Of a DNA stretch of 64,000 nt, positions 50,925 to 64,000 are shown piece by piece. The notes under the pieces are model-generated. The model ran no database searches, was not told where the DNA came from, and was given only the letters and a program-made list of their open reading frames with translations. This stretch comes from Macrostomum hystrix (Eukaryota; Animalia; Platyhelminthes): contig CATNEN010000038.1 of NCBI GenBank assembly GCA_950097015.1, forward strand, positions 8,060,001 to 8,124,000, written 5' to 3'. Each line of letters starts with the position of its first letter. Within the stretch, counting starts at the first letter, position 1. The translations under genes were made by a program, and so were the position numbers.

Positions 50925-53900
50925 TGATCTAGGATAGTCAGGTGATCTAGAGAAGACAAGTGGTCAAGAAAAGACAGGTGATCTTGAGACGACAGGTGAT
51001 CTAGAGAAGACAGGTGATCTCGAGAAGAAAGGTAATCTAGAGACGACAGGTAATCTAGAGACGACAGGTAATCTAAAGAAGACAGGTGATCTAGAGAAGA
51101 CAGGTGATTTAGAGAAGACAGGTGATCTTGAGAAGAAAGGTAATCTAGAGACGACAGGTAATCTAGAGACGACAGGTAATCTAAAGAAGACAGGTGATCT
51201 AGAGAAGACAGGTGATCTAGAGAAGACAGGTGATCTAGAGACGACAGGTAATCTAGAGACGACAGGTAATCTAAAGAAGACAGGTAATCTAGAGAAGACA
51301 GGTGATCTTGAGAAGAAAGGTAATCTAGAGACGACAGGTAATCTAGAGACGACAGGTAATCTAAAGAAGACAGGTGATCTAGAGAAGACAGGTGATCTAG
51401 AGAAGACAGGTGATCTAGAGAAGACAGGTGATCTTGAGAAGAAAGGTGATCTAGCGAAGATAGGTGATCCAGAGAAGACAGGTAATCTAAAGAAGACAGG
51501 TGATCTAGAGAAGACAGGTGATCTAGAGAAGACAGGTGATGTAGCGAAGATAGGTGATCCAGAGAAGACAGGTAATCTAAACAAGACAGGTGATCTAGAG
51601 AAGACAGGTGATCTAGAGAAGACAGGTGATCTAGAGAAGACAGGTGATCTAGAGAAGACAGGTGATCTAGAGAAGACAGGTGATCTAGAGAAGACAGGTG
51701 ATCTAGAGAAGAAAGGTGATCTAGAGAAGACAGGTGATCTAGAGAAGACAGGTGATCTAGCGAAGATAGGTGATCCAGAGAAGACAGGTAATCTAAAGAA
51801 GACAGGTGATCTAGAGAAGACAGGTGATCTAGAGAAGACAGGTGATCTAGCGAAGATAGGTGATCCAGAGAAGACAGGTAATCTAAACAAGACAGGTGAT
51901 CTAGAGAAGACAGGTGATCTAGAGAAGACAGGTGATCCAGAGAAGACAGGTAATCTAAAGAAGACAGGTGATCTAGAGAAGACAGGTGATCTAAAGAAGA
52001 CAGGTGATCTAGAGAAGACAGGTGATCTAGCGAAGATAGGTGATCCAGAGAAGACAGGTAATCTAAAGAAGACAGGTGATCTAGAGAAGACAGGTGATCT
52101 AGAGAAGACAGGTGATCTAGCGAAGATAGGTGATCCAGAGAAGACAGGTAATCTAAACAAGACAGGTGATCTAGAGAAGACAGGTGATCTAGAGAAGACA
52201 GGTGATCTAGAGAAGACAGGTGATCTAGAGAAGACAGGTGATCTAGAGAAGACAGGTGATCTAGAGAAGAAAGGTGATCTAGAGAAGACAGGTGATCTAG
52301 AGAAGACAGGTGATCTTGAGAAGAAAGGTGATCTAGCGAAGATAGGTGATCCAGAGAAGACAGGTAATCTAAAGAAGACAGGTGATCTAGAGAAGACAGG
52401 TGATCTAGAGAAGACATGTGATCTAGCGAAGATAGGTGATCCAGAGAAGACAGGTAATCTAAACAAGACAGGTGATCTAGAGAAGACAGGTGATCTAGAG
52501 AAGACAGGTGATCTAGAGAAGACAGGTGATCTAGAGAAGACAGGTGATCTAGAGAAGACAGGTGATCTAGAGAAGAAAGGTGATCTAGAGAAGACAGGTG
52601 ATCTAGAGAAGACAGGTGATCTAGCGAAGATAGGTGATCCAGAGAAGACAGGTAATCTAAAGAAGACAGGTGATCTAGAGAAGACAGGTGATCTAGAGAA
52701 GACAGGTGATCTAGCGAAGATAGGTGATCCAGAGAAGACAGGTAATCTAAACAAGACAGGTGATCTAGAGAAGACAGGTGATCTAGAGAAGACAGGTGAT
52801 CCAGAGAAGACAGGTAATCTAAAGAAGACAGGTGATCTAGAGAAGACAGGTGATCTAAAGAAGACAGGTGATCTAGAGAAGACAGGTGATCTAGAGAAGA
52901 CAGGTGATCTAGCGAAGATAGGTGATCCAGAGAAGACAGGTAATCTAAACAAGACAGGTGATCTAGAGAAGACAGGTGATCTAGAGAAGACAGGTGATCT
53001 AGAGAAGACATGTGATCTAGAGAAGACAGGTGATCTAGAGAAGACAGGTGATCTAGAGAAGAAAGGTGATCTAGAGAAGACAGGTGATCTAGAGAAGACA
53101 GGTGATCTAGCGAAGATAGGTGATCCAGAGAAGACAGGTAATCTAAACAAGACAGGTGATCTAGAGAAGACAGGTGATCTAGAGAAGACAGGTGATCTAG
53201 AGAAGAAAGGTAATCTAGAGACGACAGGTAATCTATAGACGACAGGTAATCTAAAGAAGACAGGTGATCTAGAGAAGACAGGTGATTTAGACAAGACAAG
53301 TGATCTTGAGAAGAAAGGTAATCTAGAGACGACAGGTAATCTAGAGACGACAGGTAATCTAAAGAAGACAGGTGATCTAGAGAAGACAGGTGATTTAGAG
53401 AAGACAGGTGATCTAGAGAAGACAGGTGATCTAGAGACGACAGGTAATCTAGAGACGACAGGTAATCTAAAGAAGACAGGTAATCTAGAGAAGACAGGTG
53501 ATCTTGAGAAGAAAGGTAATCTAGAGACGACAGGTAATCTAGAGACGACAGGTAATCTAAAGAAGACAGGTGATCTAGAGAAGACAGGTGATCTAAAGAA
53601 GACAGGTGATCTAGAGAAGACAGGTGATCTTGAGAAGAAAGGTGATCTAGCGAAGATAGGTGATCCAGAGAAGACAGGTAATCTAAAGAAGACAGGTGAT
53701 CTAGAGAAGACAGGTGATCTAGAGAAGACAGGTGATCTAGCGAAGATAGGTGATCCAGAGAAGACAGGTAATCTAAACAAGACAGGTGATCTAGAGAAGA
53801 CAGGTGATCTAGAGAAGACAGGTGATCTAGAGAAGACAGGTGATCTAGAGAAGACAGGTGATCTAGAGAAGACAGGTGATCTAGAGAAGAAAGGTGATCT

Positions 53901-55140
53901 AGAGAAGACAGGTGATCTAGAGAAGACAGGTGATCTAGCGAAGATAGGTGATCCAGAGAAGACAGGTAATCTAAAGAAGACAGGTGATCTAGAGAAGACA
54001 GGTGATCTAGAGAAGACAGGTGATCTAGCGAAGATAGGTGATCCAGAGAAGACAGGTAATCTAAACAAGACAGGTGATCTAGAGAAGACAGGTGATCTAG
54101 AGAAGACAGGTGATCTAGAGAAGACAGGTGATCCAGAGAAGACAGGTAATCTAAAGAAGACAGGTGATCTAGAGAAGACAGGTGATCTAAAGAAGACAGG
54201 TGATCTAGAGAAGACAGGTGATCTAGCGAAGATAGGTGATCCAGAGAAGACAGGTAATCTAAAGAAGACAGGTGATCTAGAGAAGACAGGTGATCTAGAG
54301 AAGACAGGTGATCTAGCGAAGATAGGTGATCCAGAGAAGACAGGTAATCTAAACAAGACAGGTGATCTAGAGAAGACAGGTGATCTAGAGAAGACAGGTG
54401 ATCTAGAGAAGACAGGTGATCTAGAGAAGACAGGTGATCTAGAGAAGACAGGTGATCTAGAGAAGAAAGGTGATCTAGAGAAGACAGGTGATCTAGAGAA
54501 GACAGGTGATCTAGCGAAGATAGGTGATCCAGAGAAGACAGGTAATCTAAAGAAGACAGGTGATCTAGAGAAGACAGGTGATCTAGCGAAGATAGGTGAT
54601 CCAGAGAAGACAGGTAATCTAAAGAAGACAGGTGATCTAGAGAAGACAGGTGATCTAGAGAAGACAGGTGATCTAGCGAAGATAGGTGATCCAGAGAAGA
54701 CAGGTAATCTAAAGAAGACAGGTGATCTAGAGAAGACAGGTGATCTAGAGAAGACAGGTGATCTAGAGAAGACAGGTGATCTAGAGACGACGGGTGATCT
54801 AGAGACGACGGGTAATCTAAAGAAGACAGGTGATCTACAGAAGACAGGTGATTTAGAGAAGACAAGTAATCTAAAGAAGACAGGGGATCTAGAGAAGACA
54901 GGTGATCTACAGAAGACAGGTGATTTAGAGAAGACAAGTAATCTAAAGAAGACAGGGGATCTAGAGAAGACAGGTGATCTAGAGACGACAGGTAATCTAG
55001 AGAAGACAGGTGATCTAGAGAAGACAAGTAATCTAGAGAAGACAGGTGATCTAGAGAAGACAGGTAATCTAGAGAAGACAGGTGATCTAGAGAAGACAGG
55101 TAATCTAGAGAAGACAGGTGATCTAGAGAAGACAGGTGAC
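50925..55140. repeat. 18-bp minisatellite (CAGGTGATCTAGAGAAGA)n, about 230 copies with higher-order blocks
   Basis: Direct inspection. Confidence 0.97.
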
Positions 55141-55199
55141 CAGACACTAGGGTAGAGTGTGATCCGTCACTGTGACAAAAAAGTAATAATTTATTACAC

Positions 55200-55485
55200 C
55201 ACTCCAATCGGGCCAGGTGTGCAGCCGACAGCACAGCCGCAGCTATTTCGCGGCGCATCTGAAGGCTGCGCACGGCTGTTCAGTCCATGGACTGGGGGGG
55301 ACGCCACACCCACCTTCAATTATCCCAGCTAATGCTGGTACCCATCTAACAGCTGGGTGAACTGAAGCAATGCAGAGTTAAGTGTCTTGCTAGAGTACAA
55401 AAATTGTTCCAGTACAGTCGAGAATGGAACCCACGACCTTCAACTCGTGAGTCAAACGACCTGTAAACTAGGCTAGAAACCGCCC
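55200..55485 (-). mobile_element. tRNA-derived SINE with conserved central domain
   Basis: Minus strand has B-box-like GTGGGTTCCATTC, then GCAAGACACTTAAC...CAGTTCACCCAGCTGTTAGATGGGTACC. A related 3' fragment (GTTCAGTCCATAGACTGG...CCACACCCACC) lies at about 49215-49262. Confidence 0.7.
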
Positions 55486-55967
55486 TAAAAACCAGAAACC
55501 ATAGTTTTAAAAAATTGTTGTTTTATCTTAAGATCAACAAAATCAGCCAGTAAATGGACACCGAAGCCACTCATTTTCGACTTCAGAGTAAAAAGGCCTT
55601 TCAAGGTCTTCATAGAGGAAAGTTTAGAATAAGGCTTTATAAAAAATCTGCTAGTTTACATCGCCCTAAACGTCTTAATTTGAGGCAAAAAATGAAAATG
55701 AGAAATGCAAACAATTCATTGCAGAATGCGAAACCTTTTTATAATTTTTTAATTAAGCGGAAACAAAACTAAAAAGAAGAAATCGTAAAGGAAAAAAAAT
55801 TATAACACAATTGCACACATTAATTAAGGACTAATTTAGCCATTGAATAGAAATTTATGATCTTTATCAACTCAACAACCCATCTGGTTGCAGAGTACGA
55901 ATGGCGAGAACACAAAAGTACATATTAAGTTTTGACTTAAGGGAATATTAAGGGAATACACAGAAAA

Positions 55968-56995
55968 AATCTTGGGATCTAACGAATATGATCCCCGATT
56001 CTTGGGATCTAACGAATATGATCCCTGATTCTTGGGATCTAACGAATATGATCCCCGATTCTTGGGATCTAACGAATATGATCCACGATTCTTGGGATCT
56101 AACGAATATGATCCACGATTCTTGGGATTTAACGAATATGATCCCCGATTCTTGGGATTTAACGAATATGATCTTCGATTCTTGGGATCTAACGAATATG
56201 ATCCCCGATTCTTGGGATCTAACGAATATGATCCACGATTCTTGGGATTTAACGAATATGATCCCCGATTCTTGGGATTTAACGAATATGATCTTCGATT
56301 CTTGGGATCTAACGAATATGATCCCCGATTCTTGGGATCTAACGAATATGATCCACGATTCTTGGGATTTAACGAATATGATCCCCGATTCTTGGGATTT
56401 AACGAATATGATCTTCGATTCTTGGGATCTAACGAATATGATCCCCGATTCTTGGGATCTAACGAATATGATCCACGATTCTTGGGATTTAACGAATATG
56501 ATCCCCGATTCTTGGGATTTAACGAATATGATCTTCGATTCTTGGGATCTAACGAATATGATCCCCGATTCTTGGGATCTAACGAATATGATCCACGATT
56601 CTTGGGATTTAACGAATATGATCCCCGATTCTTGGGATTTAACGAATATGATCTTCGATTCTTGGGATCTAACGAATATGATCCCCGATTCTTGGGATCT
56701 AACGAATATGATCCACGATTCTTGGGATTTAACGAATATGATCCCCGATTCTTGGGATTTAACGAATATGATCTTCGATTCTTGGGATCTAACGAATATG
56801 ATCCCCGATTCTTGGGATCTAACGAATATAATCCCCGATTCTTGGGATCTAACGAATATGATCCCCGATTCTTGGGATCTAACGAATATGATCTTCGATT
56901 CTTGGGATCTAAAGAATATGATCTTCAATTCCTGGAATCTAACGAATATGATCCCCGATTCTTGGGATCTAACGAATATGATCCCCGATTCTAAC
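55968..56995. repeat. 30-bp minisatellite with 120-bp higher-order repeat
   Basis: Unit AACGAATATGATCCCCGATTCTTGGGATCT. A four-variant cycle repeats six times at 56101-56820. Confidence 0.96.
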
Positions 56996-57104
56996 GAGCA
57001 TTATCCCAGATTCATGTGATCAAACTAGGATCCAAGAGTTTAGCTTAGACCAGGCAGTGCTGAATGCGTCTGAGCAGGACTTCAGGATACGGAGGTCTCT
57101 GAGT

Positions 57105-58583
57105 TCATAGCTCGCCCGAGTCGTGCAAGCCGCCAGCTGACGGGCCGCCCGGCATGACGAAGGCCGGCCGGTCAACCGTCGGTGCTCGACCGAGAGAGCC
57201 GGCCTCGCCAGGCTTTAAGTAGATGCCCTCGACCGCCTGCCAGAAGCTGCCGCTGCGAGTACCGTCGGACACGGCGCTGACCTCGGCCTGCCCGGCTATC
57301 GGCCTGCCGAACCTGTCCCCGGCCACGTGAAGGAAGCGCTCCGTGACGCTGTGGCGCAGGCGAACTCGCTCGGAGCGCAGCCACAGACCCGCAACGCTGC
57401 CTTCAGAGCAAACCAGAGTCCAGTCGTCGCCGCGATCGCCACCTTCACCATTGGAGTCACCGAAGGCAGAAACCTGCGCGACGTTTGAATTATTGGAGTG
57501 TTGCTGTGCTCATCTGAGAATCTTGGAGTGCTCGTCTGAGAATCTTGGAGTGCTCGTCTGAGAATCTTGGAGTGCTCATCTGAGAATCTTGGAGTGCTCA
57601 TCTGAGAATCTTGGAGTGCTCATCTGAGAATCTTGGAGTGCTCGTCTGAGAATCTTGGAATGCCCGTCTGAGAATCTTGGAATGCTCGTCTGAGAATATT
57701 GGAGTGCTCATCTGAGAATCTTGGAGTGCTCATCTGAGAATCTTGGAGTGCTCATCTGAGAATCTTGGAGTGCTCATCTGAGAATCTTGGAGTGCTCATC
57801 TGAGAATCTTGGAGTGCTCGTCTGAGAATCTTGGAATGCTCATCTGAGAATCTTGGAGTGCTCATCTGAGAATCTTGGAGTGCTCATCTGAGAATCTTGG
57901 AGTGCTCGTCTGAGAATCTTGGAATGCCCGTCTGAGAATCTTGGAATGCTCGTCTGAGAATATTGGAGTGCTCATCTGAGAATCTTGGAGTGCTCATCTG
58001 AGAATCTTGGAGTGCTCGTCTGAGAATCTTGGAATGCCCGTCTGAGAATCTTGGAATGCTCGTCTGAGAATATTGGAGTGCTCGTCTGAGAATATTGGAG
58101 TGCTCATCTGAGAATCTTGGAATGCTCGTCTGAGAATATTGGAGTGCTAACTTGAGAATCTTGGAGTGCTCGTCTGAGAATCTTGGAGTGCTCGTCTGAG
58201 AATCTTGGAGTGCTCATCTGAGAATCATGGACTGCTCAATTCAGCTGTTGATTTTAAGCAGTTCAATTGAATTATCACCTCCTGCTCATGTGTGATCGGC
58301 GAGCTGTACAGGTGGCTGTGCAGGTTGCGGCCAGTGCCCAGGTGAGTCAGCCGCAGCGTATGGCCGCACCTGACAGGCTCACCGCGTCGACATTCATCGC
58401 CGGTAGCCGGACCGCGCACGCGCCAGTACGAGTTGGCGTCGTCGCTGGCCTCAACTCCGGTGACAGACTGCTGGCCTGAGCCGCTACCGTAGCGCACCTC
58501 GTGTGAGTGGAGGCGAACCTTGTGGGCCACATTTAACAGCTTCAATACCGAGCCGCAGGTAACATACTCGTACAGTTCCCCAC
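57105..58583 (-). CDS. SDF2: Stromal cell-derived factor 2 / SDF2L1 (MIR-domain ER protein); first exon not located
   Basis: Exons 58583-58279 and 57473-57105 in frame (HEQE|VSAFGD). VTCGSVLKLLN, RLHSHEVRYGSGSGQQSVTG, NLHSH, EGIY. Ends HDSGEL. Confidence 0.88.
57490..58228. repeat. 21-bp minisatellite (TCTGAGAATCTTGGAGTGCTC)n in SDF2 intron
   Basis: About 35 copies. Confidence 0.95.
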
Positions 58584-60878
58584 CTGTACAGTTGGCGGTA
58601 GCAGTAAGAAATAAAAAGTTGTTTAATATAAGATTGTAATTATAGTAATGCTGCTTGCTACTCACAGTAGAGTATACAGAGAAATTAGAATAGTTCAAAA
58701 TGTTTCTTTTCTGCATTGAAACTTGAAATAACTTTTTTATTACTAGGCCTACTCGGCTACTCTTATCCAGGTAAAATTAAATGCAAATGTAAAAAGTACA
58801 AATAAAAAAATTACCCAGTACCTAAGATTAAGTAAAATTTTGGTTGTATTGCTGCCATCAGTTCCAAGCTATTTTAATAGCTAATAATTCATTAAAAACT
58901 TTATAGCTAGTTCCTTTGAACACAATAGTTAAAATTTATAGGCCTAGCTAGTTGTAGTTCTGTAATATATACTTTGTAGAAAAAACATGCTCAGCTAGCA
59001 CAAGCATTACAAATGTCTAAAAAACATTATTGTTCCATGTGCAATAATTATGTACAGACTATAGTTAACAATAAGATTACACTACATCTAGCTACACAAA
59101 ACAGGAAAACATAAAAGCATTTACATAACTTAATTAGACTAGTATTGCATTGTAAAAATATTGTTCAATCTGTCAGTTTCGAAATTTAGTAAAGGGCCTA
59201 TATTGCTAAACATTGCTCTGCCTGCTCTATTAAGTGTTATATTTGAGGTGGCTTTGTTATACTTATAGCTAAATATGTAAATGTTTCCACTAGCATAGCT
59301 ATTAGACCTACAGAAAGTAAATGTGTTCCTACAGTTCACACCCTACGCTCGCATCGACCATCTCAGCCCTGGACGGCAAAAAATGTTATAATTAAACCTT
59401 GTTCCATAATTCATAATTCAAATTCATATTCATACTCATGACTCAATACAAAAAAAGATTTCGTTTCTGCAAACCTTTAACTGGAGCTGTAGAACATAAA
59501 AATGTTATGTACAGAAGTGACAGATATAGCAAATCTCTCATTTTTAACGCAAACAGAGTGAATAACAAAATCCTTATGCCAGAATTTCGATTGCAATACT
59601 ATATTTTGTTTATTAATTCGGGCAAAAAATAATTTACGATATTGCTTGTATTTCTATGTAAGACACAGCAGGTTTAATGCCTAAAACAAGACTGATTTCG
59701 GTTGATGAAAAAGAACGATTTATAAATTCTCGCAAAAATACGTAAATTATTACAATTTATTTTTTTAAAAACAATGCAGACGCTTTGCAGAGAAACTGAT
59801 CTTCAAAAAAATATAACAACAAATACATATTTTTTCCCTAAAAGTTTCATTTTGCATTACATATATTTGCTTGCTAAATACAAGTGTAGCTAAAAATGTG
59901 AAAAATAAATGCAATAGGTAATTTACAAGTCTAAGCGTAAATTTCGTGCATGGCAAATTGTCCAATAAATTCTGTAATTAAATTATGTTGACATATTAGT
60001 TGTATCAATATTTATCGCTTTTAATTAAATGCAGATTTAAATAATGTAGATCGGATTTTATGCAACTTTTTTACCTCAATTTTTTCACTATCATGTGTAC
60101 ATTATTTCGTTATATAACTGCCGGTATTTAAAGGTATTTAAAACGAATCATTACTAAATTTAAAGTTATATGCGATGTTTTCATCATCTAATCACCTGCA
60201 AATAAGCAAACCCAAAAATATAGTTTCTTTGGGTAACTAGAACCTCAACACCATTCATTTTTACATATACAGTTCAAGTACAAGTTCTTTTGCCGGTTAA
60301 ACGTGCTAATTTGATTTGATAGCTTGATATATATCGAGAACAGTTAACGCTTTTATTTTTTTCCTTTAAATTAGAATTCACTTTTCTATTTGTGCAGATA
60401 GATATAGCATGGCTCGAAGATCGCTTGCACTATGCAGCATTTTGAGCATTTTATGTTAAACATCGATCCTTGTTGTTACAGAGATGCCGCCGATCTTCTA
60501 CGTTAGAATACACACGAGTACAAAGAACGCATCTAAGGATCCTTAGATATACATGCAGTATATGGTACATGTAAAGTAATTAAAATTAAAAAGGGCAAAC
60601 AGATATCGATTTCTTATTAGTAACTACGTAAATGAAATAGCTAAACAAACCGCGACATCTCAACTAAAAACAGCTATGAGAGCGTCCAATTACTATAGCT
60701 AATTAGTTTGGCTACTTGTTTGCTTAACAAAATTACGTGTGCAACTGTGCGTTAATACAGTAAAATTTCCGAACGTCAAAATTGCACACATGTATTAGTA
60801 TGCACTCGCGACCAATCTACAGGGAAATGTACGTCGTTCAGAATTCAGAATCAGAATTCAAGGTAACTCTCTCCGGAT

Positions 60879-61709
60879 TCATAGGTCAGTACTCATGCCG
60901 TTGTGGCTCTGCCTGGGTACCTCAGCTAGATTCCCGTCCGCCTCCAGAGGGCAGCTTTTGACGAAAACAATCTCGTCAACATCCGATACAGATGATTGGT
61001 CGTCCACGACAGCCACGTCAACATCGCTCTCTATGAAGATCTCCGGCAAGAAGCAGCCGTAACTGTGCCGCTTCACTTTGATGCCTCCAGCGGCAGCCAA
61101 TTGGCTCGACTCTGGCGGTGGCGGCGTTGGTGACAGCGGCTGCGGTGACGCGCAGCGAGCCTCCTGTATCTTCGGTTGAGCCAACAGTTGAAGGCTGCCA
61201 CCGCCTTCGTGAGAGCCAGCAATCGGTGTGGGCGAAGGCGACCTGCTGCGGCAGAAGCCGTAGCTTAAACTGGACGAGTGCGAGCTCACAAGTCGCATGC
61301 CTTGCATCTTCTGCGATGTGCTCAGGCCGCCACTGCCTGGCGCGCAGTGCGCACCGCTGCCAGAGCCAGCGCCACCTCTCGTGGTCTGCAGCATGCTGAT
61401 GAAGCGCAGAATCTTCTCCTTCCTCGTGCGACGTTGAACAGTTTGAATCTCTTTCAGGTAGAGCGAGATGTTGTTGTCCATACGATTCTTGCGGACATAC
61501 GAGGCAATCAGCAGGACGATGGAGAAGCCCCAAATGAAGACGACAGCAACGACGTAGAGAACCGCTCCACTGTGGTCGCTGCGGGCATCGGGACCGGTGC
61601 TCCCCCCGGCGGCCGGGTCCAGCTCAGCGATGAAGTAGCTGTCGTTCAGCTTGCGAATGTGCAGGCTGAGCGGGCCACTCGGCATCTGATAGCGATGACG
61701 GAATTTCAT
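60879..61709 (-). CDS. Intronless single-pass membrane protein, 276 aa, KCNE-like TM segment
   Basis: GC-rich ORF with no signal peptide, an N-D-S sequon, TM GAVLYVVAVVFIWGFSIVLLIASYVRK and a long S/P-rich tail. Confidence 0.72.
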   Translation of the reverse strand: MKFRHRYQMPSGPLSLHIRKLNDSYFIAELDPAAGGSTGPDARSDHSGAVLYVVAVVFIWGFSIVLLIASYVRKNRMDNNISLYLKEIQTVQRRTRKEKILRFISMLQTTRGGAGSGSGAHCAPGSGGLSTSQKMQGMRLVSSHSSSLSYGFCRSRSPSPTPIAGSHEGGGSLQLLAQPKIQEARCASPQPLSPTPPPPESSQLAAAGGIKVKRHSYGCFLPEIFIESDVDVAVVDDQSSVSDVDEIVFVKSCPLEADGNLAEVPRQSHNGMSTDL

Positions 61710-62401
61710 GCTGGAAAAAAACTGGCACTACAATAATTTGCGAGCCGACAAGGGAGAAGCTTGGCTTTGCTCCGCGCACCTCAAGCGACGAGCAGCAAGA
61801 TTCTGCACAAGGTTGGCTTCTCATAAAGACTCCGTGACTGCCCGCAGCCTCTCTATCCCTCGCCATTTTCTCTTCCCCATGAACAAAATCTGACCACATT
61901 TTAGGAGGTTGCCGTCATTAGCCGAGCTCATTCAAAATTCCCGCTAGCAGGGGAGAACACACAAACTCACTTCTCTCTCAACCAGCCAGTCCGAATCGGC
62001 ATCTGCTCACCCAGCCTTTCTCATTTCCTAGTTAGACAGCTCGAATATCTCCTTAGTCCCTCATCTTTGAGTACCTCCCGAATCCTTGCTCGTCTCTTAG
62101 GGAAGTCCTGTTCTTGAGTTTGCCCGCCCGCACACAGTGGAGATACGCCCTTCGCTTTGAGTGTCCGCATATGCATGCAGCAGTTCTCTCGTCATGCCAC
62201 TTCTTGTAGATGATGCAGCTTTATAAGTGTTTGAAAACTAGAAATTATTCTATTCAAATAGTTACAAATTAGTTGCTTATAAAGAGTAAAGTATGAGGAA
62301 CACACTGACACCATGCATTTGTTTTATTGAAGCATGCTGATCCGTATCTAAAGCGTTTATTTTTCAAATGTTCAAATGTTCATTAGCAGCCTTATAAACT
62401 G

Positions 62402-63150
62402 TCACTCGGTGCCGCCATACGTCTTTTGACTTTCGAGCAAGCTTGCCTGCCTTCTGCGTCTGAAAATGACAGTATAATGTTGTTGTAGTCAGGTTCGCTT
62501 CAAGCCCGCTTTTCAAAGTGCTTAATTGGATGGGTAATAAACGCCGAAAGCGTAGAAAGACCTTACACACGAAATGTAAGAAAATTAAGATAAGAAAAAA
62601 AAGAAAAAAGTTGTTACTTGAAATACCCCCATGGTCGTTCTGGTCGTTAATGAGACAGCACGCACCTGACACGCAACACAACACCAATTAACGCTGCCAT
62701 GGACGCCAGGCAGATGACAATGACGCCAACCCAGATACCGACTGCAGAGGAGGACATTCGGGAGTAGGCGAACTTGATCCCCGATCCGGTGCCATTTGAA
62801 ATGACAGGCGCCGGCGAGGACGCGCCTAATAGGACATGTTCCAGGAGTTTACCAGAGATATCAATCGGTTGGGACAAAACCGACTGCCGATCCGCCATCA
62901 CCAGCTCTTTCAGCGTGGCAGGGGTCGCCGCGTCTACTGGAATGATGATGGGAGGTACACGTAAGAGACCACGCTATTTTTCGAGCTAGGGTGGTCTTTC
63001 TACCATTGACTAAAATGGAAATAGTCTGCGCAACTCACAGGCCAAAAAGAGGCACAATGAGACAAACGAAATTTAAACATAAAACCAACCTGCAGACAGC
63101 AGAAATAGGGAGGCCAGTAATGCACAGCAGAGTGATGACATCGGTGACAT
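62402..63150 (-). CDS. Small type I membrane protein, about 129 aa, 3 exons
   Basis: Exons 63150-63090, 62936-62666, 62459-62402 with GT-AG junctions and compatible phases (1, 2). Signal peptide MSPMSSLCCALLASLFLLSAVDA, NGT sequon, TM AVGIWVGVIVICLASMAALIGVVL, then RVRRRR and a short tail. Confidence 0.65.
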
Positions 63151-64000
63151 GAAGGCTATCAAAAGAATCTGCCAGAAATAACACTGCAAAACAACAGAAT
63201 TGAGTTACGAGCGAGCTAAAATTGCGAATGGCTTTATCGTTTATAAACGGACTGAAACACTGAAAGACTAATGTAGCTAACTGATCAATGTTGCCACTAT
63301 GAGCCGTATCGATTTTATACGATCCTGCACACCAACTCACGCTCGCGTGCTCAGGCAATGCAAGGTGGCATTTTCAGCTACAGCAAACTAGAATCTCAAA
63401 TGCAAGCAAAAGTAGGAATAACTCAGCAAATTTGTTACATTTAGCGTAAAGGAATTTTAAAAAATACACGTTAATTGCGATCGTCAAATCTACTAAGAGT
63501 ATAGTCAAAGTTCTATGTAAAGAGATAAAAACTGTTAAATTATTATTAGACTTATTATTATAAAAAAGCGCTAGCAACTGTTGAACATTCATTAATGAGA
63601 GGCCAAAAGAGTCGTGCACGGTTTTACCTGGCTTTACCTGGCCCAGGCTTTACCTGGGCGGCCTCTTCGTCAAATGCAATAATTAAAGGCTTTAAGTGAT
63701 AAATAAAATATAAACGAGATTATCAGGGCACTGCTCAGCGTCAGGCCTCTCATTAATGGCCTCTCATGATAAATGGTCAACAGTTGTTAGCGCATTTTTA
63801 ATATAAAAATTCGTAGACACTAGCAACTTTTGGCCACCTTCGGGAAGCAGAAATGTTGTTAATCCGTCCAGTATATACCTTTTAGCAGCTGTATTTTTAT
63901 GCTTTTTTAAGCTACAATGATCCCCAGTTGACAATGATTACCCTGACCATTGACCATGGCAATGACAATGATTACCCAGTTGACAATGATCACCAAGTTG

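Noticed and set aside
50909-55273. 1454-aa and 1130-aa ORFs (SSLDHL / FSRSPV repeats)
   Set aside because: An 18-bp unit without stops leaves several frames open. There is no signal peptide or unique domain, and the start lies in a SINE tail.
57105-57601. SDF2 pseudogene or frameshift suggested by the fragmented ORF track
   Set aside because: Exon 57473-57105 is one open frame that simply lacks an early start codon.

Overview
Eukaryotic (metazoan) genomic DNA. GC-rich spliceosomal exons sit in AT-rich spacers, and about 40-45% of the window is tandem repeat (about 27 different arrays, by hand estimate). This architecture suggests the flatworm Macrostomum (inference only). The long ORFs in the track that lie over repeats are artefacts. 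Reading GT-AG junctions by hand gives 14 protein-coding genes, 13 of them on the minus strand. These are a divergent succinyl-CoA:3-oxoacid CoA-transferase, a 3-exon peptide-type class A GPCR (the only + gene), two 3-exon cysteine dioxygenases (each with a 21-nt terminal coding exon missing from the ORF track), a polyQ orphan, four tandem omega-class GSTs, LPGAT1, a Mieap-like protein, SDF2/SDF2L1, a KCNE-like single-TM protein and a small type I membrane protein. Mobile elements are a solo LTR with a 4-bp TSD, a hAT MITE with an 8-bp TSD nested in a minisatellite, several tRNA-derived SINEs and a double-hairpin element. The most interesting signals: (1) a co-oriented thiol-metabolism block (4x GSTO + 2x CDO); (2) mosaic homogenisation of its paralogs, with the GST glutathione site identical and substrate-site patches divergent, and CDO exon 1 nearly identical while exon 2 is about 20% diverged; (3) most introns carry a private minisatellite, including one array apparently just born on a stop codon.
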